Below, one piece after another: positions 10,114-19,511 of a stretch of DNA of 64,000 nt. Source of the stretch: an uncultured bacterium (lineage in GTDB: Bacteria > Zhuqueibacterota > QNDG01 > DSAB01); the NCBI GenBank assembly GCA_964617625.1, contig CAZTZL010000001.1:9783-73782 (forward strand), in the 5' to 3' direction. The translations under genes were made by a program, and so were the position numbers. Within the stretch, counting starts at the first letter, position 1. Each line of letters starts with the position of its first letter. The notes below the pieces were generated by a model. That model was not told where the DNA came from. It saw only the letters and a program-made list of their open reading frames with translations, and ran no database searches.

Positions 10114-10455
10114 GTATGTCCTTTTATTTTGTAAATCTTAAGATTCAACAATACTAACCTGATTTGGTTCCGAATTGTAATTTATTTTAAAGATTTAGTT
10201 TACGATATTTTTCGCACTTTGTCAAGTGAGATAAAGCGCTTTTTAAAAGTGATAGGCGTATTGTTTTTGACGATCTTAAAATGAATTTTTAAAGGTTGAT
10301 CTTCATCCCGACAAGTTGAGGTTCGTTTTTAAACTGAGTGGTGCTAAAAGGTGATGCCCGAATTATATTCAACTGTTTTGGAGTGAGTAAAAAAATCACC
10401 CTGATTATTCGGAATAGTTATTGATATAAATATCGGACTCATTCAATGTCAAGTT

Positions 10456-12516
10456 TTAAAAAAATTGTCTGGGCTGCAATTTTTGTCTTGGTTTTCCACC
10501 CAGCCGGATTCCTTTCAGATAACACTGCCTGGCTTTTTCTTTTTGATTTAAAATGGTATAAAGGCATGACATGTCAATAAAAATATCGCCTTTTCTGGGA
10601 TCATATTTGGATAATTGATGCAGATGTTGAAGCGCTTTCGTGTACGATTTCTGTTTATATGCAAGTGTATATAGGATACGATGTGCCTCAATTGCATTTG
10701 CATTTAATGTTAATGCCTGTTTGGCCAGCTGGGAGGCTTGCTTGTAAAATCCTCCTGTGGCAAGGACGTAAGCCGTGTTACTCGCATGCAAAGCTCCCTC
10801 GAAAGTAAAGTCATCCAATTGAAAAGCGTATTGGAACGATTTAAGCGACTCTTGATAATAATGGGTCTTCAATGGATTTTTATCCATGACAAACTGTCGA
10901 TACCGATAAAGGCAGGCGATTCCTCTTTTTGACCATAGTCTTGCCAGGCTAAGTCGATCAATCCGGCTTAAATTATTCAAAACAAGTTTTTCAGGGGAAA
11001 ATTGTCGACAGAATTCATCATCCAAACGTCGTGATATAGAGGAGTCTTTTGGAGAAGTAAGGAAGGGACCGGCAATTTGATAATTCAGTTTAGATAACAA
11101 TGTATTGAGATAGGGTACCTGTATTTCAATCAGTATATGATCATTTTTGGAAAAATTGATTTTATTGAAATCATCAACATTATTTTTGAATCCAAGTATT
11201 GAAAAATCTTTGTCGTTGTTTCCGGTAAAAATCAGATAAAATAAATGATAAGCGATTTCATCTGAAACAGGATAAATTAGATAATGATCCGGGATATTGG
11301 ATAAAAGATATGAGGAGAATACTTCTGATGTGTTCTTTTTTGAAATATCCATATGAGGAATATGCAGGATGATAAGAAGGAATACAGGAATCAGAATGAA
11401 AGGTCTCATCCAATTTTTTAATAGTAAAATTAGTTGACCTGTTCCGGCAGTAAGTGGAGCAATAAAAAGGATGAGGCACGGGACAAAATAGGCATCCATA
11501 TTCACCATTTGTTTGAAATTGAGATTCATTGGAATTAAAATACCGAATAGGATTGTGCACAACAAAGCTGCCAATAATAGCTGGTAAATTGAAGATTTGT
11601 TTTTTGATTTCAATAATTTCCAGCCGGCAATTATTGAAAGAAGAATACCTGGTATCCCAAGATTTAAAATTATGATCTTGAATGTCTGGACGATCGAAAT
11701 GCCAATTGCGTAACTGCCTGCCGAATCCTGAGATTTATATTTTGCTCTTGTCAGATAGTTAAAAAACGTTTTAAACGAATGAATATCATATCTGGCCAAT
11801 ATGGGTGAAAGCGCGGATCGTATCGGTAAGTAAGCAAAAATTGAAAGACCTAAAAAAACAAAAAGCAGACAAAGGAAAAAATCTCGTTTAATAAAAGAAG
11901 GACGGGAGAGTAATCTTTTTAAAGTTAGTATTGGAAAAATTAATATAACAACAATGTAATATCCCAGTGTGAGTGCAATTCCAAAAAAATATGCTGAAGC
12001 ATATAGGTGAGATATTTTTTCTCCTCGATCCAAATACGCATTGAAGAAATAGATAGAAAGAGCGATAAAAAAAGCCTGGAAATTATAGACCTCAGTAAAT
12101 GTTGCATATGTCCAGACAGTGGAGGCGGTTCCATAAATTACAGTGACGATGAAAATGATTATTAGCCGTGATAATTTCGATATATGCACCGTAATAAATT
12201 GACTCGAGATCATTGCCACAATAATGCATGTGAGTGAGGAGAAGACTGCGGTCAGATGATTCATCGCCGAAGCAGGATTTGAAGGATTCAATAAAATTGC
12301 GATTCGTCCAACAAGCCAAAAAAGGGGATGTCCATATGCATGTCCAATGCCGAGCGAGTTCGAAACAGTGATAAATTCACCGGAATCTCCCCAGTAAATA
12401 CCTTTTGCATTTGTTAATTCATACAGGATGAATATAAATAGGCCACAAAACAGTGGAAAGAGTGAAGCGAAAAAATTATTAAATCGGTTATGTTTATTCA
12501 AAAAAGTTGTTTCCAT
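10456..12516 (-). CDS. DUF2723/TMEM260-like GT-C fold membrane glycosyltransferase with C-terminal TPR domain
   Basis: 686 aa. The N-terminal signature YWGDSGEFITVSNSLGIGHAYGHPLFWLVGRI matches the DUF2723 consensus (DSGEl...lGiaHPPGYPLf). At least 10 predicted TM helices follow. The C-terminal ~150 aa form TPR repeats. Confidence 0.65.
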   Translation of the reverse strand: METTFLNKHNRFNNFFASLFPLFCGLFIFILYELTNAKGIYWGDSGEFITVSNSLGIGHAYGHPLFWLVGRIAILLNPSNPASAMNHLTAVFSSLTCIIVAMISSQFITVHISKLSRLIIIFIVTVIYGTASTVWTYATFTEVYNFQAFFIALSIYFFNAYLDRGEKISHLYASAYFFGIALTLGYYIVVILIFPILTLKRLLSRPSFIKRDFFLCLLFVFLGLSIFAYLPIRSALSPILARYDIHSFKTFFNYLTRAKYKSQDSAGSYAIGISIVQTFKIIILNLGIPGILLSIIAGWKLLKSKNKSSIYQLLLAALLCTILFGILIPMNLNFKQMVNMDAYFVPCLILFIAPLTAGTGQLILLLKNWMRPFILIPVFLLIILHIPHMDISKKNTSEVFSSYLLSNIPDHYLIYPVSDEIAYHLFYLIFTGNNDKDFSILGFKNNVDDFNKINFSKNDHILIEIQVPYLNTLLSKLNYQIAGPFLTSPKDSSISRRLDDEFCRQFSPEKLVLNNLSRIDRLSLARLWSKRGIACLYRYRQFVMDKNPLKTHYYQESLKSFQYAFQLDDFTFEGALHASNTAYVLATGGFYKQASQLAKQALTLNANAIEAHRILYTLAYKQKSYTKALQHLHQLSKYDPRKGDIFIDMSCLYTILNQKEKARQCYLKGIRLGGKPRQKLQPRQFF

Positions 12517-12904
12517 TTTATAATTCTTTTATTTCCGATATAGGAATTCTGGCAGAAGATAAAACCGGGGATTTCCTAAATATTCTTTGCTAATTTAATT
12601 TATTAAAAAATAAAAGTCAAGAAAGGTTTCACGTCCCCTTTATAAACGCTCCCCATTTTTTAAGGAAAAAAGGTTCAATGAGACGGTAGGAAAGTTTTTC
12701 CTTAAACTTAAAACTTACGATAAACATCAAATTTATAACTAATATAAATACAATATCTTATATAATACTGTTTCTATATGGTATGCAGTTTGCATAAAAG
12801 CTTATCGAGCAATAGTAACCATAAGAGTTAACGATCCAATTTATAGTGGACGAAAGGATAAAAAATTGGTGAATTTGTTTTTGATTATGCCAAAGGGGAT
12901 ATCG

Positions 12905-15900
12905 ATGCATAGACTAACACAATTCTTGAAACCAAGCGTTCGGATTTTATCAATCCTGATTATTTTCTTTATCCCTGTCTTGCTGCACAGTGCATCAGTC
13001 TCAGTGTCCTGGAACAGTAACACAGAACCGGATTTGGCCGGGTATCAGGTTTATTACGGAACGCAATCCGGGAATTATGGTGTCGTCATTGATGTCGGTA
13101 ATGTCACAGAATATACGGTTAGTGGCCTTGAAGTAGGTAAATCCTACTATTTCGCCGTTACTGCCTATGATGAAAACTGGAACGAAAGCGATTATTCTGA
13201 TGAAGTGATCTATCAAGTTGCCGACACCCAAAAACCCATGATTACATCTGTCTCCTGTTTACAAAGTGACAGAATTCGAGTTGTGTTTAATGAGCCGGTC
13301 GAAAAATTATCTGCCGAGCTGATTACCAATTATCGTATCAATACGGGAACCCAGGTTATTATACAAAATGCGGAACTTGGCACAGACCTGATTACCGTGA
13401 CGCTGACAACAACCCAGCACAGCAATGGCACCTATATGCTTACTGTCAACAATGTCCGGGACAGGGCAACTGTTCCCAATACAATGGATCAGTCTCAGAT
13501 AAATTACACATGGCAGGGAACAGATCAGACTCCGCCCGCAATAGTCAGTGCAGAATTGAAAACACGCGATTTTCTTTTGGTTACATTCAGCGAGCCATTG
13601 AATCAAACCACTGCACTTCAGACGTCAAACTATAATATTTCTCCATCAATCGCGATCAATTTTCTCAGTATCGATCAAACTTTTACAAAAATAACGATTA
13701 ATACAGCCGAACACGCTTCCGGTTTGGAATATACATTGACTGTAAATAATGTCCAGGATGGGGCGGGAAATACGATTACCGCCAACAGTCAGAAAAAATA
13801 TCAATGGATTTCGGAGGATACAACTCCGCCCGATTTAATTGCTGCAAGACTCAACAATATTACCTCGCTGGAGCTGGAATTCAGTGAACCGCTTGATCAA
13901 ACCTCAGCACAAAATGTACAAAATTATTCGATCTCTCCCTCCGTAAATATAACACAAGTCAGTCTCGATGTTACCCGGACAATTGTTACTTTGACCACTG
14001 CGGCACATTCGGGGGGAACATATGTCGTTACAGTCAGTAATATCGGCGATGATGAAAATCCTCCAAATGTAATTTCGACACCTCAGCACAAGGAATATGT
14101 CTATACGCCTCCAGACCAGACACCTCCCACGCTCGTGGCTGCAGAGGTAACGAGCGGCAATTTGTTGCGTGTCACATTTAGTGAGCCGTTGGATGACGTC
14201 AGTTCGACAAACATCAATAATTATACAATTAGTCCCAGTCTTTCAATAGAGAGTGCTTCCCTGGATGTGACGAGAAAGATTGTTCTTCTTGTCACAACGC
14301 AATCCCATGTTGCCGGTACTTATCGTCTTACAGTTAGCAATATCAAGGATCGGGCCACGACTCCCAACACGATACAGGCTAATTCCTTTGTTGATTATTC
14401 GTACAATCCTCCGGATATCACTCCTCCCGTATTGACGAAAGCGGTCCTGCACGGAGCCAATGTACTGGAACTTTTCTTCAGCGAATCTCTGGATCGCGTT
14501 TCCAGTGAAACTGAAAGTAATTATCTGATTACGCCCTCTGTTGCAATACAGAATGCCACTCTTGTGGGAGATTCATTGAACCGGGTATATCTGGCTACCG
14601 GAAATCATCAGCAGGGAGTCTCCTATACAATCAAAGTTACCAATGTTTTTGACAAGGCGACTGTACCCAATGTGATTGTTTCAGGAACAAAAGGATACGA
14701 TTTACCATCAATGGATACGACCCCTCCTGCGCTCGTGAATGTAAAATTGCAGGGTGACAGTTTTCTCGAACTGGAGTTCAGCGAACCCCTGGATCAAGTT
14801 TCTGCTACTAATATTGGATGCTATGCCATTACTCCAGCTATTTCTATAACCGAAGCGAGCATAGACAACTCATTAAAAAAAGTTTTTCTCAAGACCGGAA
14901 CACATGTACATGGCATGCAATATACACTCACAGTGAACAATGTTAAGGATATTGCCACTCCGGCAAACAGCATCCAGCAAAATACGCAGCGAACCTATAC
15001 CTGTGGCGAAACCGACAACATTCCTCCCAGACTGATTATGGCAGACCTTCATGGAACGCAGATGCTTGAACTTTCTTTTAGCGAAGCCCTGGATGCGAGT
15101 TCGGCACTGGATAAAAGCCATTATAGCATTTCAAACGGAATAGCAGTTTACAATGTGAGTATCAGCCAATCCCAGATGCAGGTCTTTCTTGAAACATCGG
15201 TTCATCAGCAGGGAAGCTATACAGTTACTGTGACCGGAGTTAAAGATCTTTCTGTAACACCCAATGTGATTGGTTCCGAGAATAAATATGTTTATACATA
15301 TACACCCGTCGATACGGAAAGACCGGTTCTTCTTAGTGTTGAATTGTTAAATACAACCATGTTGAAATTGAGATTCAGCGAAGCGCTGAACCGTATTTCC
15401 GCTGAAGATACATCCAATTATTCTATTAACAACGGTGTGAAAGTGGTGCGGGCTATTCTTGATGTCGAAATGACAAATGTAATTCTGCAGACCACGGTTC
15501 ATCAAATCGGCAGCTTTACCCTTCTTGTGAAAAATATTCAAGATGGATCCCAGGCCAAGAATGTGATTTTGCCAAATACATACATTCAGTATGATTATCT
15601 GCCTGAGGACAACAGTTCTCCGAAAATAGTTTCCAGTATTCTTCATACGGATCAGATGCTGGTAGTCACTTTTAGTGAACCTCTCGATTCGGCAAGTGCA
15701 CAGGAAAAGAGCAACTATTTCATCAATAACAATATTCAGATTCATGATATTTTTCTTTCTTCATCCGAAGGACAGGTTGTTCTTGAAACATCTCCGCATG
15801 CTGCAGGAGAATATGAATTAACTGTTAATGGTATTAAAGATTGCTCTGTAAACAAGAATCCCATTGCAGCCTATACAAAGCAGAAGTATACATGGAGTCC

Positions 15901-18256
15901 TATCGATACAATCAGTCCTGCGTTAATATCGGCAAAACTGCAGACCAATCAATTACTGGAATTGACTTTCAGTGAACCTGTGGGGGATACCGAAGCCCGG
16001 AACAAAGAGAATTATGTGATTGATCCACCGGTAAATATCCTCATGGCTACACTGGATGCCAATTTTAAGACTGTATGGCTGACCACGGCTGCTCACGAGG
16101 CGCAGACATACACAATCACTGTGAGTAATATCAAGGACAGGGCATTTAATCCAAATACCATTAAACTGTCCAATAATAGTTACAATTATACATACATGCC
16201 TCCTGACACAGTTGCACCGGAATTGGTTACCGCAAAATTGCAAACTTATATGTCTTTGTCAATTGTCTTTAATGAGCCGGTATCGAGATCGAGTGCTGAG
16301 AATGCAACGAATTATACGATAACACCGAACATCAAAGTAAACAATGCCTATCTGAGAGCGTCGTTGACAGAAGTTCTTTTGGAGACTGACGCACATCAGA
16401 GTGGGATTACTTACACAATCTCGGTCGCTGGAATCACGGACCGGGCCCCCATACCCAATATATTGAAACAGCCGATAGAAAAAACGTATACATACTCACC
16501 TCCGGATACAACCAGACCAAAATTGCTTTCTGTCAAACTTCAGGGTGCAAATGCATTGGAATTGAGATTTGACGAAGCGCTGGAAAAGACCTCCGCACAG
16601 GACAGAAAAAATTATTATATCGAGCCGGGTGTTGAAGTTTATGAAGCCGTGTTGGATCCGAGCAACACTAAAAATGTATATTTATCCACAAGCGATCACC
16701 GCCCGAGTGTCAGTTACAGTATTAATGTGCAGCATATCAAAGACAGAGCAGCTGTACCCAATGTCATCAGTCCGGATACATGGTTTGTTTATACAATGCA
16801 GAGTTCAGGCAGTTCGGCAGACAACACACCTCCTGTCCTGGCAAGAGTGGAAATCTTGTCACCGATTCTTGTGGATTTGGTTTTTTCTGAACAACTTGAG
16901 AAAACAAGCGCTGAAAATAAAAACAATTATACTATCAACGACAGTATTGTGGTTAATTCGGCCCAGCTTGATTCAAATGGAGTACGTGTTCATTTGTCGA
17001 CTTCGCCTCATCGAAGAGAAAAAGCCTATCAGATTCATGTGTCCAATATTTCTGACAGGGCCTTACACCCAAACATTATGGCTTCGGGTAACGGTGTGAA
17101 TTATCTTCTGTCCGAATGGGCATCTGTGAGCGGTATCAGCCAAACTGGATATCAATTCAGCACATTCAGATCAGGAGAAGCCGGATACGTAGATCGGAAT
17201 TATACAATTGATCAGGCCCCCCAGGAGATTCAGGGTGCGATCCAGATTCTTACTGCAAATAATGACAAAGCCACAAAAGGGGAAAATTTTCTATCTTTTC
17301 AATTGCGTGGAGAGGCGACAATCTATGTCGCCTATGACAACAGTATTTCACAAACCCCCACATGGCTTCAGGAATGGACCGTCACAGGGAAGCAGGTGAT
17401 TGATTCACGATCCAAAGCCTATCATCTGTTCTCGGAGGAAATTACGGAAGGCCAGATTATTCTGGGTGCGAATTATGGAACAATGGATGATGATATGTAC
17501 CTCGTATTTATCGTTCCGCACAAAGGGAGCCGGGCAGTTTTGGCGAATCTGAATAAAAGCGCTTATCAGATCAATTATATCTCGGTGGGAGACGTCTACT
17601 ATATCGACAGAGATTATAGGCTTTCTTCGGTTCCGGATACACTGAAGCATCTGATGTGGATTCAAACTGCAAATGATGACAAAGTTAATCGGGATACGGA
17701 TTTCCTTCAATTTTATCTGAATCAAACCGCTGTGATCTATGTTGCATACGATGCGCAAATTGCTTCGTTGCCCAAATGGCTGATCGATTGGGAATTGATG
17801 GATGAACAGATTGTGGATTCTCGAGGAAAAAAATTTGATGTTCTCTATAAACAGTATGAAGAAGGAGAAGTGACCCTGGGTGGAAACTGCGGTTCGGTCG
17901 ATGACAACATGTATCTCGTTATCATTCGTCCTCTGGGCAATGGTGATGGTTCGGAATATGAGGGCCTGCTTCCAGGTAAATTCGATCTCGGACAAAATTA
18001 TCCCAATCCATTCAATCCGGAAACATCCATTGAATTTGCAGTACAAAAGCCGGGTCGTGTGACGTTGACGGTATACAATATTTTAGGGCAGAGGGTTCGG
18101 GTGTTGGTCGATGAGTATTTCCCGGGAGCGGCTCAACATACGGCGGTGTGGGACGGAAAGAATGAATGCGGCAATATCGTGGCAAGCGGTGTTTATATTT
18201 ATCGCGTTCAGCAAAATCAATTTGCAAAAACAAAACGAATGTTATTCTTGAGATAA
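12905..18256 (+). CDS. Giant secreted cell-surface protein: Fn3 + 13 tandem Ig-like (SbsA/Big_5-like) repeats + 2 paralogous ~140-aa domains + T9SS C-terminal sorting domain
   Basis: The ATG at 12905 follows the SD aaagggga and starts the signal peptide MHRLTQFLKPSVRILSILIIFFIPVLLHSASVSV. The track ORF begins upstream at 12866. An Fn3-like module is at ~12995-13219. Thirteen ~97-aa repeats, each opening with D-T-x-P-P, span ~13223-17120. Two related domains (YVDRNYTIDQAP...ANNDKATKG... and YYIDRDYRLSSVP...ANDDKVNRD...) span ~17128-17930. The C-terminus GQNYPNPFNPETSIEF...VYNILGQRV...AVWDGKNECGNIVASGVYIYRV...KRMLFLR matches the T9SS Por_Secre_tail type. Confidence 0.85.
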   Translation: MHRLTQFLKPSVRILSILIIFFIPVLLHSASVSVSWNSNTEPDLAGYQVYYGTQSGNYGVVIDVGNVTEYTVSGLEVGKSYYFAVTAYDENWNESDYSDEVIYQVADTQKPMITSVSCLQSDRIRVVFNEPVEKLSAELITNYRINTGTQVIIQNAELGTDLITVTLTTTQHSNGTYMLTVNNVRDRATVPNTMDQSQINYTWQGTDQTPPAIVSAELKTRDFLLVTFSEPLNQTTALQTSNYNISPSIAINFLSIDQTFTKITINTAEHASGLEYTLTVNNVQDGAGNTITANSQKKYQWISEDTTPPDLIAARLNNITSLELEFSEPLDQTSAQNVQNYSISPSVNITQVSLDVTRTIVTLTTAAHSGGTYVVTVSNIGDDENPPNVISTPQHKEYVYTPPDQTPPTLVAAEVTSGNLLRVTFSEPLDDVSSTNINNYTISPSLSIESASLDVTRKIVLLVTTQSHVAGTYRLTVSNIKDRATTPNTIQANSFVDYSYNPPDITPPVLTKAVLHGANVLELFFSESLDRVSSETESNYLITPSVAIQNATLVGDSLNRVYLATGNHQQGVSYTIKVTNVFDKATVPNVIVSGTKGYDLPSMDTTPPALVNVKLQGDSFLELEFSEPLDQVSATNIGCYAITPAISITEASIDNSLKKVFLKTGTHVHGMQYTLTVNNVKDIATPANSIQQNTQRTYTCGETDNIPPRLIMADLHGTQMLELSFSEALDASSALDKSHYSISNGIAVYNVSISQSQMQVFLETSVHQQGSYTVTVTGVKDLSVTPNVIGSENKYVYTYTPVDTERPVLLSVELLNTTMLKLRFSEALNRISAEDTSNYSINNGVKVVRAILDVEMTNVILQTTVHQIGSFTLLVKNIQDGSQAKNVILPNTYIQYDYLPEDNSSPKIVSSILHTDQMLVVTFSEPLDSASAQEKSNYFINNNIQIHDIFLSSSEGQVVLETSPHAAGEYELTVNGIKDCSVNKNPIAAYTKQKYTWSPIDTISPALISAKLQTNQLLELTFSEPVGDTEARNKENYVIDPPVNILMATLDANFKTVWLTTAAHEAQTYTITVSNIKDRAFNPNTIKLSNNSYNYTYMPPDTVAPELVTAKLQTYMSLSIVFNEPVSRSSAENATNYTITPNIKVNNAYLRASLTEVLLETDAHQSGITYTISVAGITDRAPIPNILKQPIEKTYTYSPPDTTRPKLLSVKLQGANALELRFDEALEKTSAQDRKNYYIEPGVEVYEAVLDPSNTKNVYLSTSDHRPSVSYSINVQHIKDRAAVPNVISPDTWFVYTMQSSGSSADNTPPVLARVEILSPILVDLVFSEQLEKTSAENKNNYTINDSIVVNSAQLDSNGVRVHLSTSPHRREKAYQIHVSNISDRALHPNIMASGNGVNYLLSEWASVSGISQTGYQFSTFRSGEAGYVDRNYTIDQAPQEIQGAIQILTANNDKATKGENFLSFQLRGEATIYVAYDNSISQTPTWLQEWTVTGKQVIDSRSKAYHLFSEEITEGQIILGANYGTMDDDMYLVFIVPHKGSRAVLANLNKSAYQINYISVGDVYYIDRDYRLSSVPDTLKHLMWIQTANDDKVNRDTDFLQFYLNQTAVIYVAYDAQIASLPKWLIDWELMDEQIVDSRGKKFDVLYKQYEEGEVTLGGNCGSVDDNMYLVIIRPLGNGDGSEYEGLLPGKFDLGQNYPNPFNPETSIEFAVQKPGRVTLTVYNILGQRVRVLVDEYFPGAAQHTAVWDGKNECGNIVASGVYIYRVQQNQFAKTKRMLFLR

Positions 18257-18261
18257 AGAAA

Positions 18262-19032
18262 ATGATGGTAATGGAAATAATCGTAGTCGGTACATTGGGT
18301 TTGATTTTAGGAAGTTTTTTCAATGTACTAATTTACAGAATGCCAAAAGGTCTTTCAATTGTTCGACCTGGATCGCATTGCACCTCGTGTGGTCAGCCTG
18401 TAAAATTCTATGACAATATTCCGGTGTTAAGTTATATTTTGCTTAAAGGGCGATGCCGATCCTGTCATGCATCTTTTTCCTGGCGTTATCCAGCAGTTGA
18501 ATTGTTGACTGCATTTTGTCTTGTATCTGTGTTTTTAAAATACGGGTGGTCCAATCAAACCATTGCTTATGGTGTGCTTGTCCTATTTTTAATTCCAATC
18601 AGTTTTATCGATATCGATAATGGATTGATATTAAACAGATTGACGATTCCCGGTTTCATTTTGGGGATGGTTCTCATGATAGGGTTACAAATTGAAATAT
18701 GGTATATGGTTATAGCGGGGGCGCTGTTTGGAGGATTTTTGATTTTGGCGATTTCTTTTCTCGGGAAATTGTTATTTCGCAAGGAAAGCATGGGAATGGG
18801 GGATTTGAAACTCCTTGTTATGATTGGTGTTTACGTTGGATTTCCGAAAACAGCTCTGTGTTTGTTTTATGGAGTTTTTATAGCAGCACTGTTTATTTTT
18901 TACGGAATAATTTTTAAAAAAGTACGTATTGGTGACACAATCCCATTTGGTCCGTTTATTGCAATAGGCACTCTCGTGCATTTGCTGTTTGGTGAGCTCA
19001 TTATTAGCAAATATTTGGAGCTTTTTAGATAA
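18262..19032 (+). CDS. pilD: Prepilin peptidase (A24 family)
   Basis: It carries the Zn-binding tetracysteine CTSCGQP...CRSC and two Asp boxes (IDIDNGLILN and GMGDLKLL), with a polytopic membrane profile. A likely start ATG at 18262 lies just after the upstream stop at 18254-18256. The track ORF starts at 18166 inside the previous gene. Confidence 0.85.
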   Translation: MMVMEIIVVGTLGLILGSFFNVLIYRMPKGLSIVRPGSHCTSCGQPVKFYDNIPVLSYILLKGRCRSCHASFSWRYPAVELLTAFCLVSVFLKYGWSNQTIAYGVLVLFLIPISFIDIDNGLILNRLTIPGFILGMVLMIGLQIEIWYMVIAGALFGGFLILAISFLGKLLFRKESMGMGDLKLLVMIGVYVGFPKTALCLFYGVFIAALFIFYGIIFKKVRIGDTIPFGPFIAIGTLVHLLFGELIISKYLELFR

Positions 19033-19040
19033 ACAGTGAT

Positions 19041-19511
19041 GTGCAGGGAGGCTGGAGGGTCAGCCCAGAGATGGAAATTCAGGATGAAGTAAAAGATGCT
19101 CTTGTAACAAATACTCTACAAAGTGATGTTTTGGAAGGCGACGGAAGAAAGCAAATACTGGTTGTGGATGATGATCCTTTGATTGTTAAAATTCTTCGAG
19201 AACCTTTGGAAAGAGAGGGGTACAGTGTTCGAGTAGCTTCTCACGGTCTGGAAGCTCTCCAGGAAGTAAAAACTAATCGTCCGGATTTGATTATTCTCGA
19301 TATTTTAATGCCGATGCTCGATGGATTTAAAGTGGCTCGATTATTAAAATTTGATAAACGTTTCAAAGATATTCCAATCATTGTATTGACTTCACGTGCG
19401 ACAGAAGGAGAACGGAAAATGGGGCAACAGGTAGGGGCGAATGAATTCCTCTATAAGCCATTCCGTTATCCTCAGGTTTTGGACGTGGTAAGAAGGTATT
19501 TGGATGCCTGA
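19041..19511 (+). CDS. Single-domain response regulator (CheY/PilH-like receiver)
   Basis: Receiver motifs include ILVVDDDP, the phospho-accepting D in IILDILMP and LTSRAT...K. No output domain is present. It sits between pilD and pilB. Confidence 0.8.
   Translation: MQGGWRVSPEMEIQDEVKDALVTNTLQSDVLEGDGRKQILVVDDDPLIVKILREPLEREGYSVRVASHGLEALQEVKTNRPDLIILDILMPMLDGFKVARLLKFDKRFKDIPIIVLTSRATEGERKMGQQVGANEFLYKPFRYPQVLDVVRRYLDA

Noticed and set aside
10114-10455. 342-nt non-coding gap between two minus-strand genes as a possible ncRNA.
   Set aside because: Only a short palindrome (AAAGCGCTTT) and AT-rich sequence were seen. There is no conserved structure I can recognise without covariance models. 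It is most likely a promoter or terminator spacer.
12517-12904. Possible origin of replication. All genes to the left are on the minus strand and all to the right on the plus strand, and they diverge from a ~390-bp AT-rich spacer.
   Set aside because: No dnaA or dnaN nearby. Only weak partial DnaA-box-like strings (TTATCCT, TTATCT) were found, rather than a cluster of TTATCCACA-type boxes. A divergent promoter region between two large genes is the simpler explanation. A GC-skew analysis on the full replicon would be needed.
13223-17120. Tandem-repeat array as a CRISPR array, diversity-generating retroelement target, or phase-variable slippage tract.
   Set aside because: Repeats are ~290 nt, in frame, protein-coding and substantially diverged from each other. 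There are no short identical direct repeats, spacers, cas genes or reverse transcriptase in the window.
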